Positions 37,201 to 47,506 of a DNA stretch of 64,000 bases are shown here, one piece after another. Position 1 is the stretch's first letter. Each line of letters starts with the position of its first letter. This stretch comes from Candidatus Latescibacterota bacterium (lineage in GTDB: Bacteria > Latescibacterota > UBA2968 > GCA-2709665): NCBI GenBank assembly GCA_965222075.1, contig OZ244937.1:5120001-5184000 (forward strand), read 5' to 3'. The position numbers were made by a program, and so were the translations under genes. The notes beneath the pieces are model-generated. The model did not search any database. It was not told the DNA's origin and saw nothing but the letters and a program-made list of their open reading frames with translations.

Positions 37201-37272
37201 TGGCTTTCGGAAACCATCTTTCAGGCGACGTACCGTCAAGGGGTCGAAGGTGGAAACGTTCCGGTCCCGTAG
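34222..37272 (+). CDS. hsdR: Type I R-M restriction subunit R
   Basis: DLCLFINGLPVATFELKN, QHSAGSGKS, IIDEAH, FTATP, KFQTGYDEP, QTLSRLNR. Confidence 0.96.
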   Translation: MTTDTSEHGLESLICTALTGLPNDTTPSGDAGERPATYGVGWLWGDPRDYDREYCVDLAQLSAFLSVTQPEVAGLLDLGLDSPRRRKFLARLQGEVTRHGTIDVLRRGIKHGPHQVDLFYGTPSPGNEKARVLYKQNRFSVTRQLRYSRDNTRLALDLCLFINGLPVATFELKNSLTKQTVEDAIEQYKRDRSPGEKLFEFGRCLVHFAVDDHEVRFCTHLKGKASWFLPFNQGWDDGAGNPPNPNGLKTDYLWREVLTRDGLTDIIENYAQIVETKDEKTGRRKREQIWPRYHQLDVVRRLLSDMSDLPAAQYAAQAGTKAGRRYLIQHSAGSGKSNSIAWLAHQLIGLKKENAPVVDSVIVVTDRRVLDRQIRDTVRQFAQVASIVGHAERSGDLRTFLKSGKKIVITTVQKFPFVLDEIGDEHRGRRFAIIIDEAHSSQGGRMSAAVSMALGEAGAGEEEDTTEDRINRLMESRQMLPNASYFAFTATPKNKTLEIFGEPETRGEQVGHVPFHSYTMKQAIQEGFILDVLEHYTPVGSYYRLMKTVEDDPLFDTRRAQRKLRRYVESHEHAIRQKAEIMVDHFHDHVVARRKIGGQARAMVVTSGIERAIQYFHAFEAYLEERKSPYRAIVAFSGEHEYGGQKVTEASLNGFPSGRIADRIQEDPYRFLICADKFQTGYDEPLLHTMYVDKVLSGIKAVQTLSRLNRAHPQKHDTFVLDFTNDADDIKASFEDYYRTTILAEETDPDKLHDLKASLDGYQVYGWDQVEELVSLYLEGTDRDRLDPILDACVAVYRSELDEDGQVDFKGNAKAFARTYAFLAPILPYTSVEWEKLSIFLNFLVPKLPAPVEEDLSKGILEAIDMDSYRVEVRAMMKIALSDADAEIGPVPASGEFRKPEPEIDRLSNILRMFNELFGNIEWKDADKIGRVIAEELPAKVSADRAYRNAMENSDRQNARIEHDKALEQAVIELLSDHAELFKQFSDNDSFRKWLSETIFQATYRQGVEGGNVPVP
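35145..35177. repeat. 33-bp palindromic element in frame within hsdR
   Basis: CCTGCCTGC-AGCG-cagta-CGCT-GC-GCAGGCAGG, encoding LPAAQYAAQAG. Confidence 0.7.
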
Positions 37273-37355
37273 CGGCGATGAAGATCGGTCGGACGATGTG
37301 GGCCCCTTCCCCTGACAGGGAGGGGGAAGACGCTTGTTTTCGTGCGGATTGATTT

Positions 37356-39549
37356 ATGACGATAAAGATTGAGGGTAGCGTTCGGGAAGTTCCCTCGGAA
37401 CGTGGGCTGAAAAATATCCGCGTTTCCAATGGGGAACACATTGTGCAGACGGATGCCGATGGCCGATATGCTCTGGAGGTGGCGCCCGGGGACCACAGGT
37501 TCGTTTTTGTGACGGTTCCGGATGGCTTCCGGCTCTGCGGGAATTTCTACCGGTCCGACACTCGGCTGGACCGGATCCGCTGAACAGGGTGTGGATTTCA
37601 ATCTCACGCCGGCGCCGGAAGGGGACAGGCGAACATTTACGATGGCCCATATTAGCGATACCCATGTTGTGCTGGAAGGGGACCGACCGCTGGGGAAGGT
37701 TCTGGCGCAGGATTTGCAACAGCTTGTTCGGGAAGCGGCGCCGGACCTGATCGTTGTGAGTGGGGATCTGACAGACTGGGGGACGCTGGAGGAACTGGAG
37801 CGTTTTCACGAGGCCATCGGTACGATTACGACACCGGTTCTACCCATGTTCGGCGGGCACGACGGGAATCAGGAGCGCTTCGGAGACCTGACGGTTGAGG
37901 CGCTTGTAGAATTGAAACACAAAAGGGAGCTGGCGAAGATCCAGGAGATTCTGAAAGCGCGAGAAGGCACGACCTTCACGCGTAACTACGAACAGGTACT
38001 CGGCCCTGCGTATTATAGCTTCGACCGGGGGGGCCGCCATTTTGTTTTGTATCCAAATGAGGAGAATTTCTTTTCTCCGGCAGACCGGAAGCGGAAGGAA
38101 GACTGGTTATGGGCGGATCTGGCCCTGCAGCCTGTGGATCGAGAGGTCGTCGTTTTCCTGCACAAACCCCCATCGGCTGCTTTTCTAACAGCGTTGGGCC
38201 GGTATCCTGTGAGGCTGGTACTGCACGGGCACTGGCACTCCAGCAAGGTGTTCCTGCACGGCAGGATTGTCGTTGCCGCAACACCGGCGCTCTGTTTTGG
38301 GGGAATCGATACCCGTCCCCGGGGCTATCGTCTCGTGAAATTCCGGGAGGAGGATCTGCAGTCTGAGCTCAAGCCCCTTCGAAGGGCGGGGGGAGCGTCG
38401 CGCCCCGGTGATGAGGGGTGGGACGAGGCAGGCAGGGGTCTGCGGCTTCTGTGGGCGCATCAACTGCCGGTGGGGTTGCACCGGGCGGCGCCTGTCCGTT
38501 CAGGAGACGGGCTCCTGGTGAGTCTGGCTGACGAAGGATATCCCGGGCGCAGCGGCGTAGTCTGTATCGAGAGCCGGAGTGGAACGCAGCGGTGGCGGAT
38601 GTTCACCGAGACGTCGGTGAAGAACAGTGTGGCCCTCGCATCTCCTGCGGGATCGGTGAATGGGGAGGGTGAATGGTGTGCGGTGGTGTCGGTAGCAGGC
38701 CGGGTGTACGTCCTGGAGACGGCGTCCGGACAGATTCGGTGGCAGGTTGACCTGCCCGGTTTTCCCGAACGCTGGATCTATGCCTCTCCGGTGATCGCTG
38801 ACACGATGGTGTACGCAGGGGGAAAGGCAGGTTACGGGGCCTACGATCTTGAGACAGGCGCGCAACAGTGGTATACTGTAATTGAAGGCGGTGACGGCTG
38901 GCCGTGCTACGCGAGTCCGCAGGTGTGCGGCGACCTTCTCATTGTGCTCGTCCAGCGCCGGGGGCTGATGGCGCTGAACAGGCACAATGGGACGGTGGTA
39001 TGGGAACGGCGCCTGGGCGTTGAAAATCCGTATGCCCGGCCGGCCGTGGCCGGAGACTTGCTGGTCAGCGGCAGCGATGCTCCAGGTCTGCACTGGTTTG
39101 GTGGGGATCCCGCGCATCTGGCGGTGCTGAGGATTTGTACGGGCGAGGTGGTCTGGCACCGTCCCGTGCTGCCGTCGAGGTACCCGACGGGACTGGCGGT
39201 CCGGGACGACCGGCTGTACGCGTCGACACCGGACGGTGAGGCGTTGTGTTTCGATCTGCATTCGGGTGTGTTGTTGTGGCGGTTCCGGACGGGCGATGAC
39301 CTGCTGGATATGATACCGGCGCGTCGAGAGGTCCGGTCCATCCTGGCTGCACCGGTTCTTTATGGGGATTATCTGCTTATCTGCGGTGGTGATGGATGCC
39401 TGTACGTTCTGGACGCGCATACCGGCGCGCGTAAGAGCTGTACGCCGTTTGGCTCTCCAATCACGGCCGCTCCGTGCTTAACCGAAGAGGGGTTCTGCGT
39501 GGGGACTTACGACGGGCGGTTGTATGGCTTTGGGGAACGGGCGGGATAG
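37356..39549 (+). pseudogene. Metallophosphoesterase (N-terminal accessory domain) + PQQ-like beta-propeller, frameshift near 37557
   Basis: VSNG..TDADGRY..FVTVPDG..FYR in one frame; HISDTH, SGDLTD, GGHD, LHGHWH and PQQ repeats in the next. May be a sequencing indel. Confidence 0.7.
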
Positions 39550-39600
39550 GGTCAGAGGGAGACTGCGGGTCGGTTCTACGAAGAAACCAAGGAGGAACTT

Positions 39601-40602
39601 ATGACGGTGTCTGTACAATCTCAGCCCTGGGAGCGACCGGACAAGCCCATTTTCAGCAATGCGCCGCCCCCCCAGGCGTGGATGCGGTGCAATATCTACT
39701 GCCCGCGTGTAATCTACGCTGAGGGCAAATATCGCATGTGGTTTTCCGGGTCTGATGTGCGGCCTACGCTCTACCGCTCGTGCATCGGGTATGCCGAATC
39801 GGACGACGGCCTGGCGTGGACGCTTTACCCGGGCAACCCGATTCTGACAGCCGATGGGCTGTCGTGGGGCCAGAGTCTGCATACGCCCCGGGTTCTGTTC
39901 GATGAGGAGGAGAGGCTCTACAAGATGTGGTTCCTCAGCACGACCCATGTGGAGTACCGGGATGACGGCATCCTGGCGAAGAACATCAGTTCGGCCATGG
40001 GGTATGCCACCAGCCGGGATGGAATCCACTGGGATTTCTGGCCCGAGCCCCTGATCGAAGAGTGCCGTGCCCCGTGCGTTCACAAGGAGGGGACACGCTA
40101 TCGGATGTGGTTGAATGCCAGGCCCAACCCCGATGACTCGTGGGAAACGGCCTATGGCTATGTGTATGAGTACACATCGGAGGATGGGATCACATGGACG
40201 CGGCGCGACCGGCCTGCGGTGCAGGCGACGGGGAATACGAAGTCGTGCGTGTATCCGGACGTGCACAGGATCAATGGAACCTATTATATGTGGCACATCG
40301 GCCATCTGAAGAAGAAGGACGGTCCGATGAATCTGGCCTATCACGAGATTTTCTGCGATACGTCGAAAGATGGAGTCAACTGGACGTTGAACCACGAGAC
40401 CCCCGCGTTTGCCGCCTCCAGGGATCTCAAGCGGTTCGACTGGAAGACGGTGTCGACGCCGTGCGTGGTGGATGCGGGGGATACGTTGCGGCTGTATTAC
40501 GCGGGGTGCAATCTGAAGACGAATTTCAATCTGTTTGAGGGTGGCGATAACGGAGAGGGGATGCATATCGCCGTGGCGACGATGGCCAAAGAACGGTTGT
40601 GA
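39601..40602 (+). CDS. Five-bladed beta-propeller GH-like protein
   Basis: Repeated YxMW..GYAxSxDGxxW blades. Confidence 0.75.
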   Translation: MTVSVQSQPWERPDKPIFSNAPPPQAWMRCNIYCPRVIYAEGKYRMWFSGSDVRPTLYRSCIGYAESDDGLAWTLYPGNPILTADGLSWGQSLHTPRVLFDEEERLYKMWFLSTTHVEYRDDGILAKNISSAMGYATSRDGIHWDFWPEPLIEECRAPCVHKEGTRYRMWLNARPNPDDSWETAYGYVYEYTSEDGITWTRRDRPAVQATGNTKSCVYPDVHRINGTYYMWHIGHLKKKDGPMNLAYHEIFCDTSKDGVNWTLNHETPAFAASRDLKRFDWKTVSTPCVVDAGDTLRLYYAGCNLKTNFNLFEGGDNGEGMHIAVATMAKERL

Positions 40603-40654
40603 CGCTCCCGGATGGTCGTTGATCTGCGAAAATATGAGGACGGAGGAACAACGG

Positions 40655-41278
40655 ATGGAACGGCATACCCTGCGGTCGAGTGTCAAGAGTATCCAGACCG
40701 GTTTCGAGCACAAAGTGCTCATTGTGATCGGGGACGGTGCGGAGGTGCTGGATACGATGGGACCCTACTATCGGCTGGGAGAGGACTACGAGGTGGTTTT
40801 TGCCGCGCCTGAGGTCGACTCCTACCATCTTGTGATTCACGAGTTGACACCCGGATGGGATATCACCGAGGAACGTCCGGGCTACCGTGTCGAATCGGAT
40901 GTGGCCTTTAGAGACGTTGATCCCGAAGCCTACGTCGCGCTGGTGTTGCCCGGTGGAAGGGCTCCCGAGTATCTGCGATACGACGAGGACCTGATTCGGA
41001 TCACCCGGAGTTTTTTCTCACAAAACAAACCCGTGGCTTCGATCTGTCACGGCATTGAGATTCTCGGAGCGGCTGACGTGATTCGCGGCAGGAAGGTTAC
41101 GACGATTCCCAAGTGTCGATTCGACGCGGCGATTTGTGGGGCGAAATACGTGGCTGGGCCAACAGTCCGGGATGGGAATCTGATTTGTGCGCGAGGCAAA
41201 AAAGATATCTCTCCGTGGATGATGGCGTTTGTGAACATGGTCAAGCAGTACCTTGCGAGCCGGGAGGTGGTCAGATGA
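40655..41278 (+). CDS. DJ-1/PfpI family protein
   Basis: PGGRAPEYLR, ASICHG. Confidence 0.9.
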   Translation: MERHTLRSSVKSIQTGFEHKVLIVIGDGAEVLDTMGPYYRLGEDYEVVFAAPEVDSYHLVIHELTPGWDITEERPGYRVESDVAFRDVDPEAYVALVLPGGRAPEYLRYDEDLIRITRSFFSQNKPVASICHGIEILGAADVIRGRKVTTIPKCRFDAAICGAKYVAGPTVRDGNLICARGKKDISPWMMAFVNMVKQYLASREVVR

Positions 41279-42513
41279 CAGACGCAGAACTTGAAGAAAA
41301 GGCGATTCGGATCCAGGCAGTGGTGGAGGAAAAGGTGCTTCAAAGGCACGGCATGGTGCCCATGCTTGTGCGTGCCAGTGATTTTCGGTTGCCCACCGCT
41401 GAGGACTACGGGGGTGCCTACCGACACCGCCATCTCCTGGGCAAGACGGAGGAGGAGGTCGGAATCGCGCCGATGCATGTCTGGCGGGCCTGGGAGAATA
41501 CGCCCACGGACACCGCATGGTATCTTGGGGCTATGAGCTACCGGTATCGCTGTACCGGAGATCCCGACATTCTTGAGATCTGCCGGCGCACATTGGGGGC
41601 GCTCAAATATATTCACGCTCTGGGGGTTGAGAAGGGCGAGCGGGGTTACATGTGCAAGCCGTATGGGGGCGTGTACAGCAACCAGACTTCCGGGGATCAG
41701 GTGCAATGCATCCTGGTGGGGCTGGCCGCGTATCGACCCATTGCGCATCGTGAAGATGTGGCCGTCGTTGACGAGATTCTCGCGGATATGGCCGAGTTCG
41801 AGATGAAATGGAATTACGTGTCCCCCCACGGGTATTTTGGCTACACCCGGGAGTCGCAGGTGGAATCGATTCTGGGAGAGAACTGGATCAATGCCAGGTG
41901 GCCCTACGGAATCATACACGCGCCCCTGCTCTACCTGGCCTGGCAGGCGACCGGAGATCCGAAATTTCTTCGGGAGATTGAGCGCTGGTACGATGCGTGC
42001 GATACAAGCGTGAGGTTCGAACGCCCCAAAGGGAAGATGACCGGCGGTCTGGGCTGGCGTGAGCTGTACCTCCCTGCGCTTTTGATGGCGTTCGACCCGG
42101 CGAACCACGAGCTGTGGCGCAGCATGATGCTTCAGAGATACGACATGCTTCGAACCGGGGTGCTGGAGGATGGGACGGCGGCCTATCAATGGACCTATGA
42201 TATGGATAGCGGTGAGCGCGAGCTGCTATCCTCCACTTTGTGGGGAGCGGGCCCGGCCAAGACCGGCAGGTCCGGAATTTTTGCCAGGGCCTGCGTCGGC
42301 GCCCAGCCGTGGTTTCAAGACGAGGATATGGCATCCACCGCCCGGCATATTCTGGAGAATCTGGATCTGGATACGTTCCGGTTTATTATGCCGGTGGAGG
42401 AGGACCAGCCCGTGCCGGCGGCGTGGGAGGTGGAGACCCGGCTGCTGGATATGGACAGCCTGACGGGGTGGCTGTGGGCATACTGGGAAGGACGGTGGCG
42501 CGGGTACTGGTAG
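41275..42513 (+). CDS. Hypothetical protein (possible alpha/alpha barrel)
   Basis: ATGA-coupled to the PfpI gene; RYRCTGD and WQATGDPKF helical-hairpin motifs. Confidence 0.6.
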   Translation: MTDAELEEKAIRIQAVVEEKVLQRHGMVPMLVRASDFRLPTAEDYGGAYRHRHLLGKTEEEVGIAPMHVWRAWENTPTDTAWYLGAMSYRYRCTGDPDILEICRRTLGALKYIHALGVEKGERGYMCKPYGGVYSNQTSGDQVQCILVGLAAYRPIAHREDVAVVDEILADMAEFEMKWNYVSPHGYFGYTRESQVESILGENWINARWPYGIIHAPLLYLAWQATGDPKFLREIERWYDACDTSVRFERPKGKMTGGLGWRELYLPALLMAFDPANHELWRSMMLQRYDMLRTGVLEDGTAAYQWTYDMDSGERELLSSTLWGAGPAKTGRSGIFARACVGAQPWFQDEDMASTARHILENLDLDTFRFIMPVEEDQPVPAAWEVETRLLDMDSLTGWLWAYWEGRWRGYW

Positions 42514-42580
42514 TGGGATGGATTGCGGGAAATCCGTTCAGAGATATGAAAAAAAGGCTAACCAAATGGAGGTGGAGCCA

Positions 42581-44671
42581 ATGAAGCAGCGAAAAATCCA
42601 ACGGATCGCGTTTCTTCAGGATTATCGCAACCGGCCGGAGTCGCTTGTGGAGGAGATTCCGGAGGTGGCCGGCCTGGGTTACCACGAGGTGACGGTATCG
42701 GCGCGGATCGGGCACGAAGAGGCTGTGAGGGCGGTGGCCGGCAAGGCCGACGAATACGGTCTTGAGGTTTCGACCTTTACGGGATTTATGAAATACGCGT
42801 ATGAGTACCTGGCGGAGCATCCCGAGCAGAAGGCGGTGTTCAGCAAAGATGCGGACCATCAGGAGTTGGGGGACCTGCCGGCGGTGTGGGGTTGTCCGTA
42901 TAACGCGGTGTTCCAGAAGCGCTATCTGGATTTCCTGGAAAGGCTGGGTCGCATTCCGAACCTTACGGAAGTGTGGGTGAACGACGAAGCTTATTTCGGC
43001 AGGGACATGGATCTGCTGGCCTGCTACTGCCGGAGCTGCCAGGCGGACTGGGACCGGGAATTCGGCGGGAGGATCCCGATGCCGCCGTTCAAGGACCTGG
43101 AGGAGAAGGCGCGGCTGGTCACCTGGCGGTTTCGGCGGTGGAACGAAGTGCACGGCAGGATGAAGGCGGTGTTGAACCGGGATCACAGGGTCCGGGCGGT
43201 ATTTCAGAGCGGCCCACAACCGTTCTGGGACATCAATCCGTGGGTGTGCGGCATAGACATCGACGGGATGGTTGAGGCGATTGACGGTCTGGCCGTGGAT
43301 GCTTACCATACGTGTGTGCTGCCGGCGGTGGGGAGCGGGTTGTTTACGCCTCCTGAGATATTTCTGAGCGAGTGCTGTCGCTTCATTCGCGGGATGACGC
43401 TGGGCGAGGACAAGGTGAGCGTGATGCTGGCGCAGGGTATGTCTCACCCGGAATTTCACAGGCCACTGGACGAGCGGGATGGGTGGTGGTCGGCCGTGGT
43501 CCCACCGGCCCTTGGCGTGGATCGGGTGACGACCTATACCTACCGGCTTCAGCGGGTGTCGCCGATGCACCGGACCTTCCAGGAGGCGTTTCGGCTGGAC
43601 CCCTACTTCGAACGGACCGAGCCCGTGGTATCCGTTGCGGTGGTTGACAGTCTGGAAACGCAGTGTTACGACGAACCGTTGCCCGCCAGGGGCCGCGAGA
43701 ACTGGCGCTTGAGCCGGATGTTTTCGGTGGGACAGATGGCCGCGCATTACGGTCTGCCCCATGGGTATCTGCCTTCGTCAAAGCTCTCTCCCGAACTGCT
43801 CGAGCAGTATCCGGTGGTGATCCTGCCCAATGTTTCGTGCCTGTCCTCCAGCGCGCGTGATGCGCTCCTGGAATATGCCCGCAATGGCGGAACGCTGGTG
43901 GCGGCGGGGGAGACGGCCACCCGCGACGAGATGGGACACCCGTCGGACGGGTCGTTTCTAACGGAGGCGTTTGGGATTACGTCCTGTGTGCCGGAAGGGG
44001 GTTCCCACGTGTTTTCGCCCACGGGCGAGCACGAGGCGTTCGCGGGTCTCCCGTGGCCGGATGAGAGGACGGCCTGGGATCCCTGGAAGGGCAACAACCA
44101 CCCGGTGCTGGGACTGGATCTCGCGGTCCGGGCAGAGGCGGGCGGCGAGGCGGAGGTGCTGGCGGTCTTCGATGAGCCCCTGGCCGCGCACCCGGCGATT
44201 ACCGTAAAGCGGCTTGGGGCAGGCTACGGCGTGTTCGTAGCAGGCATCCCTTCCCGCTGGATAGATCAAAGGCCAGCGGGCACAAATGTCCTGAGCTTTT
44301 CCCGCCAGGTGGTAGCACAGCTAATCCTGTCGCTAACAGGGAATAAGCTGCCGGTGAGGGTGAAGGGCTTTCCGCCAAGGGTGCCGTTGCAGGAGGTCAG
44401 GCCGCTGGATATTCGCTGGAAGCCGACGGTGGAGTTCATGCCTTCGGTGGGTGAGGATCTCTACCTTGTGGCGGTGCCGTCCTATTTCAGGGAGCCCGGC
44501 GCGTTCGAGATCGAGGCCAGGCTGCCGGATGGGAAGCAATGTCGGGAGGTACGGGAACTGGTGTCCGATCATCCCGTTACGGAGATGAGACAGGATGGGC
44601 GGACGGTGGAGATTGATGTTAACTTGACCACCGAGGATTTTTTGAAGGTGTATGCTTTTTTTCTGATGTAG
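42581..44671 (+). CDS. GH42-like TIM barrel + beta-galactosidase trimerisation-like domain
   Basis: WGCP, VNDEA, CYCRSCQ, YPVVILPN..YARNGGTLVA. Confidence 0.7.
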   Translation: MKQRKIQRIAFLQDYRNRPESLVEEIPEVAGLGYHEVTVSARIGHEEAVRAVAGKADEYGLEVSTFTGFMKYAYEYLAEHPEQKAVFSKDADHQELGDLPAVWGCPYNAVFQKRYLDFLERLGRIPNLTEVWVNDEAYFGRDMDLLACYCRSCQADWDREFGGRIPMPPFKDLEEKARLVTWRFRRWNEVHGRMKAVLNRDHRVRAVFQSGPQPFWDINPWVCGIDIDGMVEAIDGLAVDAYHTCVLPAVGSGLFTPPEIFLSECCRFIRGMTLGEDKVSVMLAQGMSHPEFHRPLDERDGWWSAVVPPALGVDRVTTYTYRLQRVSPMHRTFQEAFRLDPYFERTEPVVSVAVVDSLETQCYDEPLPARGRENWRLSRMFSVGQMAAHYGLPHGYLPSSKLSPELLEQYPVVILPNVSCLSSSARDALLEYARNGGTLVAAGETATRDEMGHPSDGSFLTEAFGITSCVPEGGSHVFSPTGEHEAFAGLPWPDERTAWDPWKGNNHPVLGLDLAVRAEAGGEAEVLAVFDEPLAAHPAITVKRLGAGYGVFVAGIPSRWIDQRPAGTNVLSFSRQVVAQLILSLTGNKLPVRVKGFPPRVPLQEVRPLDIRWKPTVEFMPSVGEDLYLVAVPSYFREPGAFEIEARLPDGKQCREVRELVSDHPVTEMRQDGRTVEIDVNLTTEDFLKVYAFFLM

Positions 44672-44694
44672 GTGTGATCGGCCGATCACACCTA
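44669..44694. terminator. Perfect 26-bp palindrome between convergent genes
   Basis: TAGGTGTGATCGG CCGATCACACCTA. Confidence 0.5.
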
Positions 44695-44727
44695 TCACTG
44701 ATTTGTGATCAAGCGATCCATCCGAAA

Positions 44728-45162
44728 TCAGGAACGCGGGTTCCGTGACCGCACCCATGCGTCCACGCCGTATTTTCCTGAGCCGACCAGTAGAAACATC
44801 ACCGCGATGGCCAGGTACAGAAGCGCCATCTCCTTCCTTCCGAAGGGGTCCGCCGCGTGGACGCCAAATCCGGCGACCAGCATCGTAAAGCCCATAAAGA
44901 ACGTGCCTGGCCGGGTGAGCAATCCAAGCGCCAGCAACAGCCCGCCGCCAAACTCCCCGAAGGCGGCCGCCCACGCGAAAAACTCGGGTATGGGAAACCC
45001 CAGTTTTCCCGTACCGGCCACAAGCCCGGCGGAAGGCGGGACCTTTCCCAGCCCGTGCCCCAATGCCATACTCAGCCCTGTAAACACCCTCAGGATCGCC
45101 AACCCGACATTTGCCGGGATCGACTCAATAACCGCTCCGCCAAATAGAAGTCGCCTGATCAT
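44728..45162 (-). CDS. DoxX family membrane protein
   Basis: LAILRV..HGLGK, EFGGGLLLALGLLTR, GSGKYGVD. Confidence 0.9.
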   Translation of the reverse strand: MIRRLLFGGAVIESIPANVGLAILRVFTGLSMALGHGLGKVPPSAGLVAGTGKLGFPIPEFFAWAAAFGEFGGGLLLALGLLTRPGTFFMGFTMLVAGFGVHAADPFGRKEMALLYLAIAVMFLLVGSGKYGVDAWVRSRNPRS

Positions 45163-45176
45163 AATCTACCTCCCAA

Positions 45177-46937
45177 TTATGGATTGAAAGTAAATAAAGG
45201 GTGTAGGTTTTGATTTACGCAGCTTTTTTCAAAAAGAGGGCCCCAAATCCGGCGGATTTTTGCACCTGAAAAACCAAATGCTTTCCAAACCAATTTGTCA
45301 GCCGTGCGCATAAGTTCGATTTTTTTGTCGGACGTGCACTCAAAAGCCTGTTTTGCCATTTTGACAAGTTGGATTGCTGGAGCTGAATCTGGCCTTGGGA
45401 GAGGGAACCGCTCAACATATTGAGTGATGAATCGTCTTCTTCCGGCATATAATTTATTGTTGAAACTTCGGTCGTAAAAGCACTCTATAAAAGAGGAGTT
45501 GCCTACAGCAAGGGCCAGCCAGGTAAGCTCGTTTTCTTCAGAGCATGAAATCCAATAGCAGTCTCCGTTTACTACGGTGCCATCCAGGTCCAGCCAAAAT
45601 GTTGGATGTTCAGCTATATCCCGAAAAACGATTTTGGCTTTTTCCCAGGCTTTCGGATCCTGGGGTACCCATATTTCGTACCATTCTCTTCCTGCTTCAA
45701 TTACATACTTCCTGCCCTCAAGCTGATTTCTATGTTCTTCAAGATACGCTTTCGATCTTGGGTAACTCGCTAGATCGACGGCACAACGCTTTCCTTCAAG
45801 AATAGTGTGAGGGTAAAGAATCTTGCTTTTTGGTGTCTTTGACCTGTACGGATTTCCAATGTGATGGGTTGTCAAATTTTTCAGCAACTCCGGTCGCTCA
45901 TCCAAAGGCATGTCATCCCAATCTGATCTTATGAATACGCGATCAGCAGTCGTTTTAACTCCCACTCTGACCTTGCCAAGATCCTTGAAGGTGGCAGCCG
46001 TGTTCCTGCTGACTCTACTTAACCATTCTCTACTTTCCTTTGTAGATATTCGCCAAACATCCTCTGGTTTTCGCCCTGAATCCAACTCTCCCTTTTGGAC
46101 CCTGAAGTATCCGTTAGATTTTGTCTTGACATACCCGCCACATCGAAGGGCTTCGATTGGACTCTCGCAATTGTGAGCTCTTTTAACGGGATCAGAAGTG
46201 TAAATTGAAGTGAATTTGGCAGTAATAGGTGGCTTTCGAAAGGTTTTTGGTTTCAGCATCAGGACCGCTGGAAGCACAGCCGCCTCAAAAAGTTTTGTGT
46301 CACCAAGATCCCAAATATGTGCAATCTCATACATCTCTTTAATCCTGGCTCTTACGGTCTCCCCGGATCTGGTCGTCATGAACCGATTAGATACGATTAT
46401 TCCAAGAATGCCCCTCGGATGAATATATTGGGCTATCGCGATAATGAATGCATAGTAGAGATCCACCCTTCCTGCCAATCCGAATCGGCGAGCTATGTCT
46501 TGGGATCTTTTGGACCCCATTACTTGAGTTCTCACATAAGGTGGATTTGAGATCACGAGATCGAATTGCTTTGGTTGTCGGCCTTGGAAAAGGCCAGGCT
46601 GGGAGAAACAGCCCACTGATTGAGCAAGGAAATCCTGATTGTTGAACTCAATAGAAGCTTTTGGAAACTGGTCCTTTATTCTAGTCTCCGCAGAAAGCAT
46701 CTCGGACTGATTCGTTTCGTATCCGCTCACGGACAGATTTACATCCATTTCTTGTAAATTTTTCAAAACAGCAAGTAATAGTTCGCCGTCACCCAGCGCG
46801 GGATCGAATACATTTATGGCGCGTGTGTTTCTTGGCGGCTTCCACAATTTCAGCATTTCTTCTGCGACAAATTCAGCCAGAACAGGAGGGGTGTAATGCG
46901 ATCCCGTTGATTTCCGTTCTGAATCGACTCTTATCAT
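45177..46937 (-). CDS. Type II N6-adenine DNA methyltransferase (gamma class, M.BseCI/BanIII-like), orphan
   Basis: TGSHYTP, FDPALGDGELL, NPPYVRTQ, GRVDLY, DLGDTKLFEAAVLP; AT-richer than flanks. Confidence 0.88.
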   Translation of the reverse strand: MIRVDSERKSTGSHYTPPVLAEFVAEEMLKLWKPPRNTRAINVFDPALGDGELLLAVLKNLQEMDVNLSVSGYETNQSEMLSAETRIKDQFPKASIEFNNQDFLAQSVGCFSQPGLFQGRQPKQFDLVISNPPYVRTQVMGSKRSQDIARRFGLAGRVDLYYAFIIAIAQYIHPRGILGIIVSNRFMTTRSGETVRARIKEMYEIAHIWDLGDTKLFEAAVLPAVLMLKPKTFRKPPITAKFTSIYTSDPVKRAHNCESPIEALRCGGYVKTKSNGYFRVQKGELDSGRKPEDVWRISTKESREWLSRVSRNTAATFKDLGKVRVGVKTTADRVFIRSDWDDMPLDERPELLKNLTTHHIGNPYRSKTPKSKILYPHTILEGKRCAVDLASYPRSKAYLEEHRNQLEGRKYVIEAGREWYEIWVPQDPKAWEKAKIVFRDIAEHPTFWLDLDGTVVNGDCYWISCSEENELTWLALAVGNSSFIECFYDRSFNNKLYAGRRRFITQYVERFPLPRPDSAPAIQLVKMAKQAFECTSDKKIELMRTADKLVWKAFGFSGAKIRRIWGPLFEKSCVNQNLHPLFTFNP

Positions 46938-47506
46938 TATTCCCCCATCGCGCAGTTGGGTTTTACAGATCCCAACAGATAATACTAAACATCATCCGTC
47001 AAAATGATGTGCTTGCCCTGGCGTGCAATGCGAAAACCCACTTTCGCCGAACGCAGCTTCTTGGGCGAGAATTGGAGTCGGTCATATTGCCGATATGGTT
47101 GCTCTTTGTCCCACAAAAGATTACCTTATCATGCCGTACAACAGCAGTCGGGTATGGGTTGAATCGAGCGCGCATGAGACACCACCCGGTTTCTTGATGA
47201 TAATCGCCGAACATACGAGATCGAAAGCGGTGCGGTTGGCATAACCGAAGTCTTCCCAAGCCTGCAAGATAATGTGTGTCCCAAGTATAGTCTATAACAA
47301 GTCGAAAAGCAAGAATGAGGCGAATCTTCGTTTCCCGTGTCCCTCCGGGGCAGGAACACCGATTGCGTGGAGGTGTTTGGTATCAACGGTGAGGGTACAC
47401 TGAGGCGGCTTTTGGACACATTCTGCATCAAATAACGGCGGACAAGAGGGGATGGTTTTGGAGCTTTGACTCTGGTCTGTGGCCCGAGATAAAAGGAGAG
47501 GAGCAC

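Noticed and set aside
11831-37272. Classical integron or prophage
   Set aside because: No tyrosine or serine integrase, attC-like repeats or phage structural genes were seen.
46999-47259. Cognate restriction endonuclease upstream of the methyltransferase
   Set aside because: The ORF is short (86 aa) and has no recognisable nuclease motif.
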